Source: the human T2T-CHM13v2.0 reference genome, Homo sapiens. From it: a stretch of 64,000 bases of DNA. Under the pieces are notes generated by a model. The model was not told where the DNA came from and did not search any database. It was given only the letters and a program-made list of their open reading frames with translations. The stretch lies in the NCBI RefSeq assembly GCF_009914755.1, contig NC_060928.1; one strand, given 5' to 3'. Made by a program: the position numbers and the translations under genes. Positions within the stretch are counted from its first letter, which is position 1, and the number at the start of each line of letters is the position of its first letter. Of this stretch, positions 42,799 through 58,581 are shown piece by piece.

Positions 42799-43822
42799 GG
42801 CAGTGTGACTCCAAATTCAGCCATCTGAATTGTTTAAATTTGCTAGTGGATTTTGTCTACTGTGCAGAAATATATATGTCTAATGTGCAGAAATATATAT
42901 GTGTGTATGTGTGTATATATATGCACACACACACAGATAATGCTTCCAGTGAATGTGAACTTCTTTTCCCTGTGGCACTGATTGACAGACTTGTGCTGAT
43001 CCATTATTACTTTAGGGCTTGATTCTCTTGGGGAGTGACTTGGCTAAGCTTCAGGTGTAAACTGTGGTCACGGAGCAAAAACATTAACCAGCTGCCCAGG
43101 GTTCAAGCTTGAGCCTTTAGGTGATCTTTAAACTATGGTAGTAAAATAAGCCTCACTCAAACATAGCTGACTTCCTATTGGTACAGCTTGAAAAGCACTT
43201 TTTACTACATACACATTTTATGCTTAAAAAGTTAACATGATACGAAACTGTGATTAGAAAATATCTGGTCTGGATGTGATTAGTAAGGATACAAGATAAT
43301 GTTCTAAGACTGCCTAATGCTTTTTGTTTGATTTTCATCTGCCAGGCGTTGTTATGTGCTATGAGGGTAGCAAGTACGTCTTTGTCTTAATGATCTAAGG
43401 CTGGTGTAGAAACAAAGGGCCTAATGAGAACCAATCATCATGGAAGTCAGTTGCGGGGGCAGCCCATAAGGAAAGGGAAAGTGAGTGGGGTTGGGCATAG
43501 GCTGAGTGAGGTGGCCTGAATGACACCTCTTAGAGGACTGTGAAGTACAGGCACAGCCCGACTGCAGGGAGGGATGCACCCATCATTTACCCATGGGAGC
43601 ATCTGTAGGACCATCTCTCTCCCACTTCTTCTCCCCTCCCCCACCGCATCTGGCCAGATGGACTGTCCTACAGCAATCGTTTCCATCTGTCACCCTCTTC
43701 CCTCTCCTTTCATACCAGTCACTATCTTGGGTAACAAATTTATACAGGACAGTGGTACAGAAATACATCTTTGCTCTGAGAATACAGCAAATATTAACTT
43801 AAATTATTATAACTGAACAAAT

Positions 43823-43828
43823 AATAAA
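43823..43828 (+). terminator. STBD1: STBD1 distal poly(A) signal
   Basis: AATAAA about 1.1 kb after the stop, followed by U/GU-rich sequence. Confidence 0.6.
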
Positions 43829-45745
43829 ACCTGAATTTTAATATCTTCATTTGATGTCTGAATTATTTGTCTAAATTTTAGTATCACAATAGCCTAGATG
43901 TAAAATAAAATACAAATATTTTCCTCCACTAATAAGAGACATATACAGAAAAGCAAACATCAAAAGGTACAGAGGACATGAAGATTCTGTTTTTCTCCTC
44001 CCTTTGGAGAAAAAGTTGACAATATTTATTCTCAAAGTTCACCTTTGACTGGAGGGAAATTCAGCACGCCTGTACTTGAAAATGAATTCTTACATGTTAA
44101 AATAACTTTTAATAAGTTTAACATCTATCAGTGAAATAATGTTTAATCCTTTTAAACAGATGGTCTTTGCTGAAAAGAATAAACCCAACTGAAAATAGCA
44201 TTAGAAAGTACTTAAAAGAACTATGTTTGACAGTTTTTGGCTCATAGCACTTTTATGTTAAATTCATGTATACTGTTTACAGACTTCATAATGAATTTTA
44301 TATTGTACCAGTAAGCTCTGCAGAAGGCATTCACCATTACTGCATGGAATGCCCAAACATGCCCATGAGGAAAATTAAAGGTAAAACAATTTAAGTAAAA
44401 GTCTCTCTAGAATTCTATTACTGGCTATTTTATCACTACCTGGTAAAATTAAAATTAATCTTTCAGTAAAGCCAACTGATCTAAGAGAGAAATATTACAC
44501 TTTATATTTTAAAAATTCACTTAAAATTGGATGTGCTTACAGTTCTAACATTGTCCTTGAGAGCAGAAGCGTGAGGATCTTCTGGTGAGAGCATGCATGC
44601 CCTACTCCATTTGTTGTCTGCATAGGTTAGGGCTGCTGCTAGCTGCTGTAATAGACACCATCCATTTAAGAAGGCTGCAGCACCAGAGGCCGATTTCTTG
44701 CTCATGTAACTGTCAGCAGTGAGTCTTCCTGGCAGGAGGGCAGCTCCCCTCCTTGCAGAGATTCAGTTACCCAGACTCCCTTCTGCCCTGTGGCTCTGCC
44801 ATCCCCTATAATAACCCTCATGTCCTCTGCATCCAGCCCATGGAGGGGAAAATAAAGTTAGGAAGAACACCCATGCATGTTAACACTTTGACCTGAAAGT
44901 GCCACATATTGCTCTGTCCACATTCTGTTAATGAGAACCCTCAGGCCACACCCATATACAAGGGGAGGCAGGATTGGGAAATAGAGACTCTTGCTGGGCA
45001 GCTGTTTCTCAGTGACAATTCCAGGTTATACAACAGGAACATAAGATTTATTTTGGACAGCTAGCCATCTGCCACGTTGTCCCTGATGTTTTGACACAAC
45101 TGATACATTTTTGTATTTGTTCTTCTCTCATTTTATTTAGTTCACATATAAACCTCCCTAATTTATTAAAATTTAATTAAAGCAGACTGAATAGATATAA
45201 TCTAGAAGTTACCAACTTGCTAAAGAGTAACAAAATCATTTTCTTTACTATTATTAATATGCAAAAAAGGGAAACTTTTGTAAAAGTTTTGACTGGGGGC
45301 CCTGATGTTAGGTTATCTGATTACCCTCACTGATATTGACAGAACAGTGAGTTCACAGTCACAAAATGAGCCCCTGTTAGTATGCTGAAATTTGTCCTCT
45401 GTCCTTGGTATTACACCACGTCTTTCACTTTCATGTGAAAGTAGTTCTTCCCCCAGATTTTTTTTGAAGCTAAATTAGATTGAATAAAACATTTAAATTA
45501 AATTAAAATTTAAGTAGAATAAAATAAATAAAATAGATTCTATTGTCTTGGGACCAGTAACAATAAAAAACCACAATTATTCCAATATATTAGAATAAGC
45601 ACAAATTATATCTTATAATTAATCACCTTATAAGGTAATTATAATACCTTATTATGTATGAATACTTTATAGGTATTAATTGTTATAATGTATGAATACT
45701 AGCTAGTAGATGTTTGAAGTTTTACTGTGAGGGATTCAAGAATAG

Positions 45746-45787
45746 TTTATTTCAAAATAGAGTTTACAAGACAGGGTATCTTTTATT
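45746..45787 (-). terminator. CCDC158: CCDC158 poly(A) signals
   Basis: tttatt (AATAAA on minus) at 45782-45787 and 45746-45751, about 100-140 nt after the stop. Confidence 0.6.
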
Positions 45788-45888
45788 AAATTTTCACATA
45801 AAAAGAAAAAGTACACAGGGCACTAATTACGAGTAACACCACAATTAATTGGGCCTCATTCCTCTGTAAAGAATAGGCAAGCAACGAG

Positions 45889-45965
45889 TCATTTTAGTAA
45901 CATTTTTTCCTGGTCTTTTACTTTCTGTATCCTCTTTTCTTGATTTCTGATCATTGAAGACATTG
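45889..45965 (-). CDS. CCDC158: CCDC158 terminal coding exon (AMSSMIRNQEKRIQKVKDQEKMLLK*)
   Basis: Minus-strand acceptor ttcAG at 45966-45967, phase 1; TGA at 45891-45889; matches recalled CCDC158 C-terminus. Confidence 0.92.
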
Positions 45966-46167
45966 CTGAAAATGTTGATAAAACAGTTAGAATAACAAAA
46001 TCTACTTAGGCTTTAATTCTACTATGTGCTACTTAAAAGATCAGCTTGATAGTATAGAATAGACATGTTCTGAGCTCAAGACATTCTTAAAAATTGTGAT
46101 GTAGCATATTTTTGAAAAGGTTGGTGTTATGGAAGAGAGCTAAGGGTAAATCTTTAGTGTTTCAGGT

Positions 46168-46309
46168 GTTTTATTTACTTATTTATTTTGTAGAGACAGG
46201 GTCTCTCTATGTTGCCCAGGGTGGTCTAAGACTCCTGGCCTCAAGCAATCCTCCTGCCTCGGTCTCCCAAAGTGTCAGGATTACAGACATAAGCCACTGT
46301 GCCCAGCCT
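46168..46309 (-). mobile_element. FLAM / Alu monomer
   Basis: tagagacagggtctctctatgttgcccagg..gccactgtgcccagcc. Confidence 0.8.
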
Positions 46310-49300
46310 CAGTTGTTTTAAATTGGCATGATAATTGTAAAAGTAATACTAATTGTAAATAATTCAAACACCTCAGAAGGACACAAAGATAGATGAAGGT
46401 CAGTCTTTGTCTCTGCTCCCTCAATCTGCTGGAATCTGCCTCCGCCCAAGAGGTCATTACCATAAGCAATTTGGTGAATATCTGCACATATACATGAATG
46501 TGCACATGTTTTATTCTTTACACAAATGAAAACATATGCTATAGACTGTTCTGTAGCTTCTTTTTCATATAACAAAACGTCAATAAGTTTCCAGTTCAGC
46601 TTATGTTTTGTTGTAACTGCATAGTATTTACTAGTATTTCATTATACAAATGTATTAGAATTTAGTAAACAGACTAAAAAAGGTTACATCCTTTTTCTAA
46701 ACATCCTTTTTTCTTTCTTTCTTTCTTGCTATAATAAATACTTTTGTATAAACACTTCTGTGCATTTGTACAATCATTTCTTATAGAATAAATTGCTAGA
46801 AGTGAAATTTCTGGGTCAAAGCGTAAATGCACTTCAAGTTTTGACAGTCCTCCCAGAATTCCCCCTAAAAATATTTGTTTTAGAATTTTCAAGAGGCGTC
46901 CCATCCAGACACTGCATTCAGCAAAAAGGTCTTTTTATTTTGTAAATATCTTCCATGTGGATTATTATTTGGTGGCATACATCAGATAAATTCAGAAACA
47001 TATGTCATGGTGTGAGTAAAAATAGGATCAATAAGATAATGCATCTTCCTTCAAAAAACTCACAATAGATGTGGAGAGGAAGATGGCAGATAGGAGACAG
47101 GGCTAACGTGCAGCTCCAACTTGGATGGACAGAGCAACGTGTGGAGACTCACACTGTTGACTTTTGCTCCAAGAGCCACTGCAGGAACATACTGGGAAAA
47201 CCAAAAGAATTTACAGATACTTTGAAAAAAGTGGCATGCCACTGCAAATTCCACAAGATAGGTAAAAAACTGTGAGTTCCCAAAGTGTGGAGGGGGAAAT
47301 CCTGCCTCTCAACAAATACCCCCATTGGGGAACCTGAAAATCCAGATTACGGGAGAAGGATTTAACCTTACCTAGAGCTGGAACAAATTTAGCGCAAAAT
47401 ATAAAAGTAGAAGGAGCAGTGGGAAGAGCCTTGGAGGCATTCCCATTCTCCAGCTCGAGCCCAGGGAAGCCATCCCTGACTATATCTCACAGGGGCCCTC
47501 GGGAAAGGTGGCTGGCAGAATTTGGGAGTGGTCACAGGGTGAAAGAAGCTTCCAACTGAACTCTGTAATAATTTCAACTGGGCACAAACTCTTTTGAGCG
47601 GAATCTGGGTGGTGAATGGGAAATGCTACAGAAAGGAGCACAGAAGCCACTACTGACAGTGTGGGCAGACAGGAAGGGGCAGGTGAGACGTGAAAGCCAT
47701 ACTTGCTTTGTCAGTGGGGAAGTTTATAGCACGGGCAAGGTCTGATCTGCCCGCCACCCCCAACCACCACCCTGCACTGGCTGCCTGGAGACACTGGCGC
47801 TGTTAGCAGGGCATGGTGGGAGCAAGATTGGCCTTGCCAACTGTGTGGGAGCTAGGTAAGGCCTATCACACAGGCTTTCCCCAACTTCCTTGGCAACAGA
47901 GGCAGCCAAAATCACCTCTGGAACATAACTCCACTGGCCCAAGAACCATCCTGCGTACCCCACAGTGGCCACGGCAGGCCCTACACAAGGAGAGTCTGAG
48001 CTCAGACCCACCTAACTCTGCCCCAACCTGATGGTATTTTTTTCCCTGCCCTGGTAGCTGATCACAAAACACACAAACTATTGAGAGCTTGATGGCCCTG
48101 CACATCACCCGATAAACCCAAATACTTATCCTGGCCAACTTAGGGCAAGCTTACATTCCCCTGTCTACTATCATAGCTTGTGCCGTCTTGAAAGTGCCAC
48201 CCCTTGGCTGGAGGCCAACCAACTCCGAACATTACAGTAACTCATGATAGAAATGATAGAATAACCCTGCACCAAGGAAGAAGAAAACAGCAGCTAATTC
48301 CACTGCCTGCAACATTCTGGCTAACCAGAGGTACTAAGTCTGTCCATGTGAAAATATCACTGCTAGCATAATCAGTATTTGATTAAGCCAGGACACTAAA
48401 CATATCTATAACCAAGGACTCTCACAGAGTGTACTTTACTCCCCTACGTCCTCTACCAGAGGAGGTGCTGGTATCCACGGCTGGGAGACGTGAAGATGAA
48501 TCACATCACAGCACTCTTTGCAGAAATTTCCCAGCACCAGCCCCGAGTCTGGTAGCCCTACTGAGTGGCTAGATGTGCAAGAACAATAATGATCATTGCA
48601 GTCCAGCTCTCAGGAAGGCCCATCCCTTGGGGGAGGGGGAGGACACCACATCAAGGGGTCACCCTGTGGGACAAAAGAATCTGAACCTTGAGTTCCGGGC
48701 TTTTCCACTGAAATAGTTTACCCAAATCAGAAGGAATCAGAAAAGCGATTCTGGAAATATGACAAAACAAGGTTTGATAACATCCCCAAAAGGCCACACT
48801 AGCTTGCCAGCAATGCAGTTAAACCAAGAAGAAATCTTTGAATTGCCAGATGAAGAATTCAGAAGGTTGATTAAGCTACTCATGGAGATACCAGAGAAAG
48901 GTAAAAACCAACTTAAAGAAATCTAAGAAACAATACAGAATATGGATGAAAAATTCTCCAGAGAAATAGATATAAAGAAAAACAATCACAATTTCTGGAA
49001 ATGAAAGACACACTTATAGAAATACAAAATGCACTGGAAAGTGTCAACAATAGACTAGAACAAGTAGAAGAGAGACCTTCAGAACTTGAAGACAAGGCTT
49101 TCAAATTAGCCCAATCAGACAAAGACAAAGAAAAAAGAATTTAATAAAATTGAACAAAGCCTCCAAGAAGTCTGGGATTATGTTAAACGGCCAAACCAAA
49201 GAATAATTGGTGTTCATAAGGAAGAAGATGAATCTAAAAGTCTAGAAAACTTATTTAAGGGAACAATTGAGGAAAATTTCCCTAGACTCACTAGTGATCT

Positions 49301-51565
49301 AGACATTCAAATACAAGAAGCTCAAAGAATACCTGTGAAATTCACTGCAAAAAGATCTCCACCTAGGCACACGGTCATCAGGTTATCTAATGTCAAGATG
49401 ATGGAAAGAATCTTAAGAGCTGCAAAGTAAAAGTATCAGGTAAGCTATAAAGGAAAACCTATCAGATTAACAGCAGATTTCTCAGCAGAAACCCTACAAG
49501 CCAGAAGGAACTGGGGTCATATTTTTAGCCTCCTCAAACAAAATAATTGCCAGCCAATAATTTTGTATCCAGCAAAACTAAGCTTCATGAATGAAGGACA
49601 GATAAAGTCTTTTGCAGACAAAAAAAAAAAAAAAAAAAAATGCTGAGAGAATTCACCAGTACCAAACCATCACTAAGAAATGCTAAAAGGAATTCTAAAT
49701 CTTGAAATAAAACCTCAAAACACACCAAAATTGAACCATCTTAAAGCATAAATCTCACAGGGCCTATAAAACAATAACACAATGAAAAAAAAAACCAAGG
49801 TAATTCAGGCACCAACTAGTAGGATGAACAAAACAGTATCTCGTATTTCAATACTAACATTGAATGTAAATGACCTAAATGTGCCACTTAAAGATACGGA
49901 ATGGCAGAAAGGATAAAAATCTACCAACCAAGTATCTGCTGTCTTCAAGAGACTCACCTAATGCACAAGGACTCACATAAACTTAAGGTAAAGGGATGGA
50001 AAAAGATATTCCATGCAAATGGATACCACAAACGAACAGGGGTAGCTAGTCTTATATCAGACAAAACCCACTTTAAAGCAACAACAGTTCAGAAAGACAA
50101 AGAGGGATATTATATAGTGATAAAGGATCAGTCCAACAGTAAAATATCACAATCCTAAATATATATGCACTTAACACTGGAGCTCCCAAATTTATAAAAT
50201 GATTACTACTAGACCTAATAAATGCAATAGATGCTAATACAATAATAGTGGAGGACTTCAATATTCCACTGATACCACTAGACAGGTCATCAAGACAGAA
50301 AGTCAACAACAACAACAAAAAACAATGCACCTAAACAATGCAATGAACTTAAACTATATCCTAGAACAAACAGACTTAACAGATATTTACAGAACATTCT
50401 ACCCAACAACTGCAGAATATACATTCTTTTCATTAGCCCATGGAACATTCTCCAAGGTAAACCAAATGATAGGCCACAAAACAAGTCTCAACAAATTTAA
50501 GAAAAGCAAAATGATATCAAGTATTCTCTCAGACCACAGTGGAATAAAACTAGAAATTAACTCCAAAAGGAACCCTCAAAACTATATAAATACATGGAAA
50601 TTGAATAATCTACTCTGGAATCATCTTTGGATCAATAATGAAATCAAGATGAAAATTTAAAAATTCTTCGAACTGAATGAAACTAGTGACACAATTTATC
50701 ATACCCTCTAGGATACAGCAAAAGTGGTGCTAAAAGGAAAGTTAATAGCCTTAAATGCCTACATAAACAAGTCTGAAAGAGCACAAATAGACACTCTAAG
50801 GTCACACCTCAAGGAACTAGAGAAACAAGAACAAACTAAACCCAAACCCAGCAGAAGAAAAGAAATAACAAAGATCAGAACAGAATTAAATGAAATTGAA
50901 GTAAATAAATAAAAAACAATACAAAAGACAAATGAAACAAAAAGCTTGTTCTTTAAAAAGATAAAATTATTAGACCATTAGTGAGATTAACCAAGAAAAG
51001 AAGATAGAAGATCCAAATAAGCTCAATTAGAAATGAAATGAGAGATTTTACAACTTATACCACAGAAATACAAAAGATCATTTAGGGCTACTATGAACAC
51101 TTTTATGTGCACAAACTAGAGAATCTAGAGGAGATGGAAAATTCCTGGAGATATACAACCCTCCTGATTAAGCTAGGAAAAAAAACAGAAACTCTGAAGA
51201 GACTAATAACAAGTAGTGAGATTGAAACAGTAATTAAAAAAATGCCAACAAAAAGAAGTCCAAGACCAGATGGATTCACAGCTGAATTCTATCAGGCATT
51301 AAAAAAGGATTGGTACCCATCTTAATGAAACTGTTTCAAACATAAAGAAATAGGGAATCTTCCCTAAATCATTCTGTGAAGTCAGTATCACCCTAATACT
51401 AAAAGCAGGAAAGGACATAACAAAAAAAGAAAACTACAGAGCAATATCCATGATGAACACAGATGCAAAAATCCACATATTCTATGAAGTCAGTATCATC
51501 CTAATACTAAAACCAGGAAAGGACATAACAAAAAAAGAAAACTACAGACCAATATCCATGATGAT

Positions 51566-52238
<673 letters not shown>

Positions 52239-54264
52239 ATGATGAACATAGATGCAAAAATCCACAACAAAATATTAGCTAACTGAATCCAACACCATAT
52301 CAAAAAGATAATACACCATGATCAAGTGGGTTTCATACCAGGGATGCAGGGATGGTTTAACCTACTCAAGTTGATAAATATGATACATCACACAAACAGA
52401 ATTGAAAACAATAATCATATCATCATCTCAAAAAATGCAGAAAAATCATTTGACAAAATCCAGCATCCCTTTATAATGAAAACCCTCGGCAAAATCGGCA
52501 CAGATGGGACATACCTCAAGGTAACCAAAACCATCTATGACAAACTCATAGCCAACATTATACTGAAAGGGGAAAAATTGAAAGCATTTTCCAAGAGAAC
52601 TTGTACAAAACGAGGATGCCCACTTTCACCACTGCTATTCAACATTGTACTGGAAGTCCTAGTCAGAGCAGTCAGACGAGAGAAAGAAATAAAGGGCATC
52701 CAAATGGGTGAAGAGGAAGTCAAACTATTGCTGTTTGCTGATGATATGATCCTATGCCTAGAAAACCTTAAAGACTCATCCACAAAGCTCCTAGATCTGA
52801 TAAATGAATTCAGTAAAGTTTCAGGATACAAAATCAATGTACACAAATCAGTACCATTGCTACACACCAACAATGACCAAGCTTGGTATCAATTCAAGAA
52901 CCCAGCCCCTTTTATAACAGCTGCAAGAAAAATAAAATACTTGGGAATATACCTAACCAAGGAGATGAACAATCGCTACAGGAAAAACTACAAATGCTGC
53001 TGAAGGAAATCATAGACAACACACACAAATGGAAACACATTTCATGCCCATGGATGGGTAGAATCAGTATTGTGGAAATGATCATACTGCCAAAAGCAAT
53101 CTACAAATTCAATGCAATTCCCATCAAAATACCATCATCATTCTTCACAGAACTGGAAAAAACATTCCTAAAATTCATAAGGAACAAAAAAAAGATCCCA
53201 CATAGCCAAAGCAAGACTATGCAAAAGAACAAATCTGGAGGCATCACATTACTTGACTTCAAACTATACTACAAGGCTATCATCACCAAAACAGCATGGT
53301 ACTGGTATAAAAATAGGCACATAGACCAATGGAACAGAATAGAGAACCCAGGAAGAAAGCCAAAAATTTACAGCCACTGATCTTCGACAATGCAAACAAA
53401 AACATAAAGTGGGGAAAGGACACCCTATTTAACAAATGGTGCTGGAATAATTGGCAAGTGGCATGTAGAAGAATGAAACTTCAACTCAAGATGGGTCAAA
53501 GACCTAAACCTAAGACCTGAAACCACAAAAATTCTAGAAGATAACATCAGAAAAACTCTTGTAGACATTGGGTTAGACAAGAGTTCATGACCAAGAACCC
53601 AAAAGCAAATGCAACAAACACAAAGATAAATAGATGGGACCTAGTTAAATTAAAAAGCTTCTGCATAGCAAAAGAAATAAGCAGCAGAGTAAACAGACAA
53701 CCCACAGAGTGGAAGAAAATATTTGCAAACTGTGCATCTGACAAAGGACTAATATCCAGAATCTACAAGGAACTCAATCGAATCAGCAAGAAAAAAACAA
53801 ATAATCCCATTAAAAAGTCGGCTAAGGACATGAATAGACAATTCTCAAAAGAAGATACACAAATGGTCAACAAACATATGAAGAAATGCTCAACATCACT
53901 AATGATCAGGGAAATGCAAATCAAAACAACAGTATGATACTACCTACTCCTGCAAGAATGGCCATAATTTAAAAATATGACATAAGTTAAAAATATGACC
54001 AACAGATGTTGGTGTGGATGTGGTAAAAAGGGAACACTTTTACACTGTAAACTAGTACAACAACTATGGAAAGCAGTACAGAGATTTCTTAAACAACTAA
54101 AAGTAGAACTACCATTTGATGCAGTAATCCCACTACTGGAGGAAAAGAAGTCATTATATGTAAAGGACACTTGCACACGCATGTTTATAGCAACAAAATT
54201 CACAATTGCAAAAATATGGAACCAGCCTAAATGCTCACCAACCAACTAGTGGATAAAGAAAATT

Positions 54265-54540
54265 ATATCGATCTATCTATATATAGAGAGAGACTATTAC
54301 ATGGTGTGTATATATATATAATATAATATATTATATATATATGCACACACCTCAGCCACCTCCCATTCTTCCCCCATATATATACCATGTATATTTTTAT
54401 ATATATATATATTTACATGGTGTGTGTATATATATATATGATATATTTACATGGTGTGTACACATATATATGTAAATATATATATTTTTTATATATATAT
54501 AATAAATATATATATGTATATATATACACACCATGTAATA
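54265..54540. repeat. (TA)-rich low-complexity tract within the L1 3' region
   Basis: TA runs with repeated tacatggtgtg units in both orientations. Confidence 0.85.
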
Positions 54541-56026
54541 CTACTCAGCCATAAAAAGGAATAAAATAATGGCATTTGTAGCAACCTGCATGGAGTTGGA
54601 GACCATTATTCTAAGTGAAGTAACTCAGGAAAAGAAAAACAAACATTGTATGTTCTCATTATATGTGGGAGCTAAGCTATGAGGACGCAAAGGCATAATA
54701 ATAATACGATGGACGTTGAGGACTTGGGGGAAGGGTGGGAGGTGGGTGAGGGAAAAAAGATACATCATATACTGCTTGGGTGATGGGTGCACCAAAATCT
54801 CAGAAATCACCACTAAAGAACTTTTCCCTGTAACTAAACACCACATGTTCCCCCCAAACTATTGAAATTTAAAAAAAAATGCTAAAACCCCACAAATTCA
54901 CAATAAACTTAAAACCAAATGCTTTTCCTAATGTTCATATACATAGGGGTCTTGGGTTATCACAGGGACTTGGAATTTTCTTCAACAACAATTTGCTAAA
55001 GCCTTACTATATTAAAAACATGTGGATTTTGGAGTCAGAAATTGCAGAGGCCAAGTCCCCGATCTACTCTTCACTGTGACTTGGAATTTATTGACTGTTC
55101 TTTTATCTTCAGTTTCCTCATTTTCAAATGCTGTAATAACAGTACCCATTTCCCAATGTTGTTGTGAAAATTACATGAAGAAAACGCAAGTGAAGCTCTG
55201 AGTAAAAGGCCTGGCACACAGTTGGGAAGTGCTCAATTAAGTGTAAATAGCAACTATTATTATTAATAAGGTTAAGTTTATTTTATGAAGATTCGTTCTT
55301 AGAATAGTATTTTCCTTTACCCAGCAATTTATTGTTTTCTAGGGATAGAAAAGATGGCATAAAAAATGTACTTCAAAATTCATTTCTCTCTGATAAAGGC
55401 TCCTGGATTCATGAAGGCGGGTTATAAAAGCATGAATCATGAGGGCTCCCCCATATTCATGGTACTTAGAACTTATGCCCAAAAAGCTGCTGGTCATCTG
55501 CAGATTAGAACAGTTTCTTATTCAAATAGTTTTAGCATTTTTAGAAGTGGATTCTTTTTATTTTGTGATTCGTTGGGTGGCATAGTGTCTTATAGTGCTA
55601 TGCTAATTTAAATCCTGTGTAAAGATAAATACCATTATTTTGCTTTCTTGCTATTGACTATACTCTTTTCTTGGCTATTATTGTATAAATGTTTATCTAT
55701 AGACCTAATAGCAACAAGAAAGACGGTGTGTGGGAAAGTCCCATGTGACAAGCCACTCAGAACCTCAAAACCACTCCTCCTGAGGGATGGCCGGCAGGAT
55801 TGTCATCCCCATTAGATAAGAGAGTATAGCAGGGCAAGAGTGACCTGCCCATGGTCACACAATTAATCCAGGGGCTATTAATGGTTAAGACCCTTATATT
55901 TAGACTTCAGTTTACAGTTGTTAATTCAATACCCTTTCAGCAGGTCTATAGACAGGAGGCTTAATCTGAAAAGAAGGTGAACATTCTCATGAGCGAGGAA
56001 GATCTCTCCAAAAACGTACACTGTAC

Positions 56027-56134
56027 CTTGGTTCTTCAGCTGTAAATCTTCTACCAGAGTTTGCAAGCTTTCTAGTCTGTTCTGAAGCTTCCTGCATGTT
56101 TTTCCTGTTGTTTCTATTGGCGGAGACTGTGAAT
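56027..56134 (-). CDS. CCDC158: CCDC158 coding exon (DSQSPPIETTGKTCRKLQNRLESLQTLVEDLQLKNQ)
   Basis: Minus-strand AG at 56136-56135, GT at 56026-56025; 108 nt, phase 1-1; heptad-like sequence. Confidence 0.93.
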
Positions 56135-56898
56135 CTATTAGAAAATTGCTTAGATGTGATATTAAAAGTCTACTCAACATTTCCTTTTAGAAATCTTTGA
56201 ATTAAAGGCTAAACAATTTTTCTTTAAAATAAAGGGAACTTTTTTTCATGACAAATTCTAAAAGAGCTATAACACTTAAAGGAAACTCTAAAACATGATT
56301 TTAAAAGAGAGAAAAATGAGTTTTATCTAAATATTGCAATGCTAGCCTATTTGATTGTGCTCAAACCAATCCGATGTATCATTATTTAACTACATAATAT
56401 TAAATAAGATGGGTGAAAAGAACACTTCAAGTTTAATGATGCATTCTGCATTATAAATGACAGCTTTTCGTACCAAGCCTGAGTAGTTTGATTAACTTGG
56501 GGTTTGAGGGAGTATGATCTAATATAGAAACTGCACCATTTTCAAGGTATGTGAGGCCAGTGCCCACGTTAGTTCTGTCACCTAACGTGAATGGTATTGT
56601 ATGATGGCAGAGGGTGGCATGGATGCCAACATGATCACACTGAACCTAGAACAAATGTGGCAGTGGCAACTAAAGAAGGCCTAGGAGCATGTAAGCTATT
56701 CTCTTACCAGTATGCTGTTTTGTCAACCTCTAAAAGTACTTAATTGACAATCTGAAGATTTAAATTTTGATCTTAATCCCTGCCTAGCTGTATAAATTTG
56801 ACAATATTTTTAATGGTTAATTTTCTTATCAAAAAATACCCTTTTCATTACAGCATTCAAGGCAATTATCTAGGAATTACTCCAGTTTAAGAGAATGA

Positions 56899-57211
<313 letters not shown>

Positions 57212-57376
57212 AGAAGTTTTTAACATAAATAATATAAAATATAGGTTTGATGAGTATCTGACAATAAGCGGGGGGTTGGGGGTGAGAAGAAAATGCCATG
57301 CCTTTATGTAACAAAAATTAATAATGAAGTGTCAAGCAGCATTGCTCTATTCCTGCAATAACCACAGCTTTAAAAG

Positions 57377-57776
57377 GTAACATGGAGGCCGAAGCAACTC
57401 CATCTTGGATGCTAATCTGCCAAGTTGACTTCTGATTAATCCCAGTTCCAGGAAGGCATCCAAGATTTCCAGTTTCCTTGTACGGCAGGTAGCAAGTACC
57501 TGCCATAAATTCTACCCTTAAGCAATTGTCCTGTTCATCCTTTCTGAGGCAAGTATACCCTTTACCTATGGTATAGAGGCCCTGCATCTGCGGGGATAGT
57601 GGTACAAGGATCCACCACCTTGTTTCACTGCTGCAGAGACACAGACATGGCTCCAATCTTAAGTCCCTATTAAATGTTTCTTTCTGAGAAATTGGATTTG
57701 TCAGTCTCTTTCTTCAGCCTCTCAGCTTCCTCAGTCTTTGTGGGTAGGTTTGCACACACTTGCCCACCACAGAACA
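57377..57776 (+). mobile_element. Solo LTR (LTR47-like)
   Basis: ggaggccgaagcaactccatcttggatgctaatctgcc..ccctattaaatgtttctttctgagaaa..cccaccacagaaca; subfamily from recall. Confidence 0.65.
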
Positions 57777-58581
57777 GGAAAGTAATTTCACAGTTAAAAT
57801 TGAAGAAGATAGTAAATGAATAGCTTAGAAACATAAGAGATGAAAGAGGACACAAGTACAGAAAAAAAGATGTAAAAAATGTACTAACATGTGATTAGGT
57901 ATTTTTTAGGATCTAGAAATGTGTAAGCTATAGAATTTCAAAAGACTAAGAAATAACTTGATGATAATACAACTTTGTCTAGTTTATCTCTTACAAAAGG
58001 GAATGATGTCATAGAACACTGGGGTTGTTTGGTCACTGTCATACATGATGAGAAATATTTCAAGTTCATTCAACACATAATATTTAACTCTCACTTATTT
58101 ACCAGGCATTTATTCTAAATCAAACATTTTTTTCTCATTTGTCTTATCAAATAACAAACTAACTTAAAATATTAAAAATGAGAAAATTTTGAAAAGTTTG
58201 TACGGTATGCACTTATACTCACTAAGGCAGAGACTGAATAAGAGCTATGATTTCAAAGAATGTAAATAAGAAAGAAAAGTAGTTCACAGCATTTAAAAGA
58301 GGATCCAAAATCTTTTAATAAAATAGAGGCAAAAATGTTCATTATTCATTTAGAGAAAAAGAGAGATAATGTTTACATATAATATCTATGTACATTTACT
58401 AAGGCTTGCATGGTACACAATAGCTGTTCTATTTAAAAAAGACCTGTTTAAATTACACAGAATCAGTTAGAGCTTACACATAAGAGCAGCATGCAAAACC
58501 TTAATTCTGAGTAAAAAGAACTTACAGTTCAGCAGTGTAGGAAATCAATTAATCACGTCAATGATATCAGATCTTTCTTAC

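Noticed and set aside
45600-45700. 12-bp palindrome accttataaggt and duplicated tgtatgaatact near the CCDC158 3' end
   Set aside because: Short repeats in very AT-rich sequence are expected by chance.
52326-53380. 225-aa and 165-aa ORFs with reverse-transcriptase motifs
   Set aside because: Fragments of degenerate L1PB ORF2 broken by frameshifts, stops and Alus; not a novel RT system.
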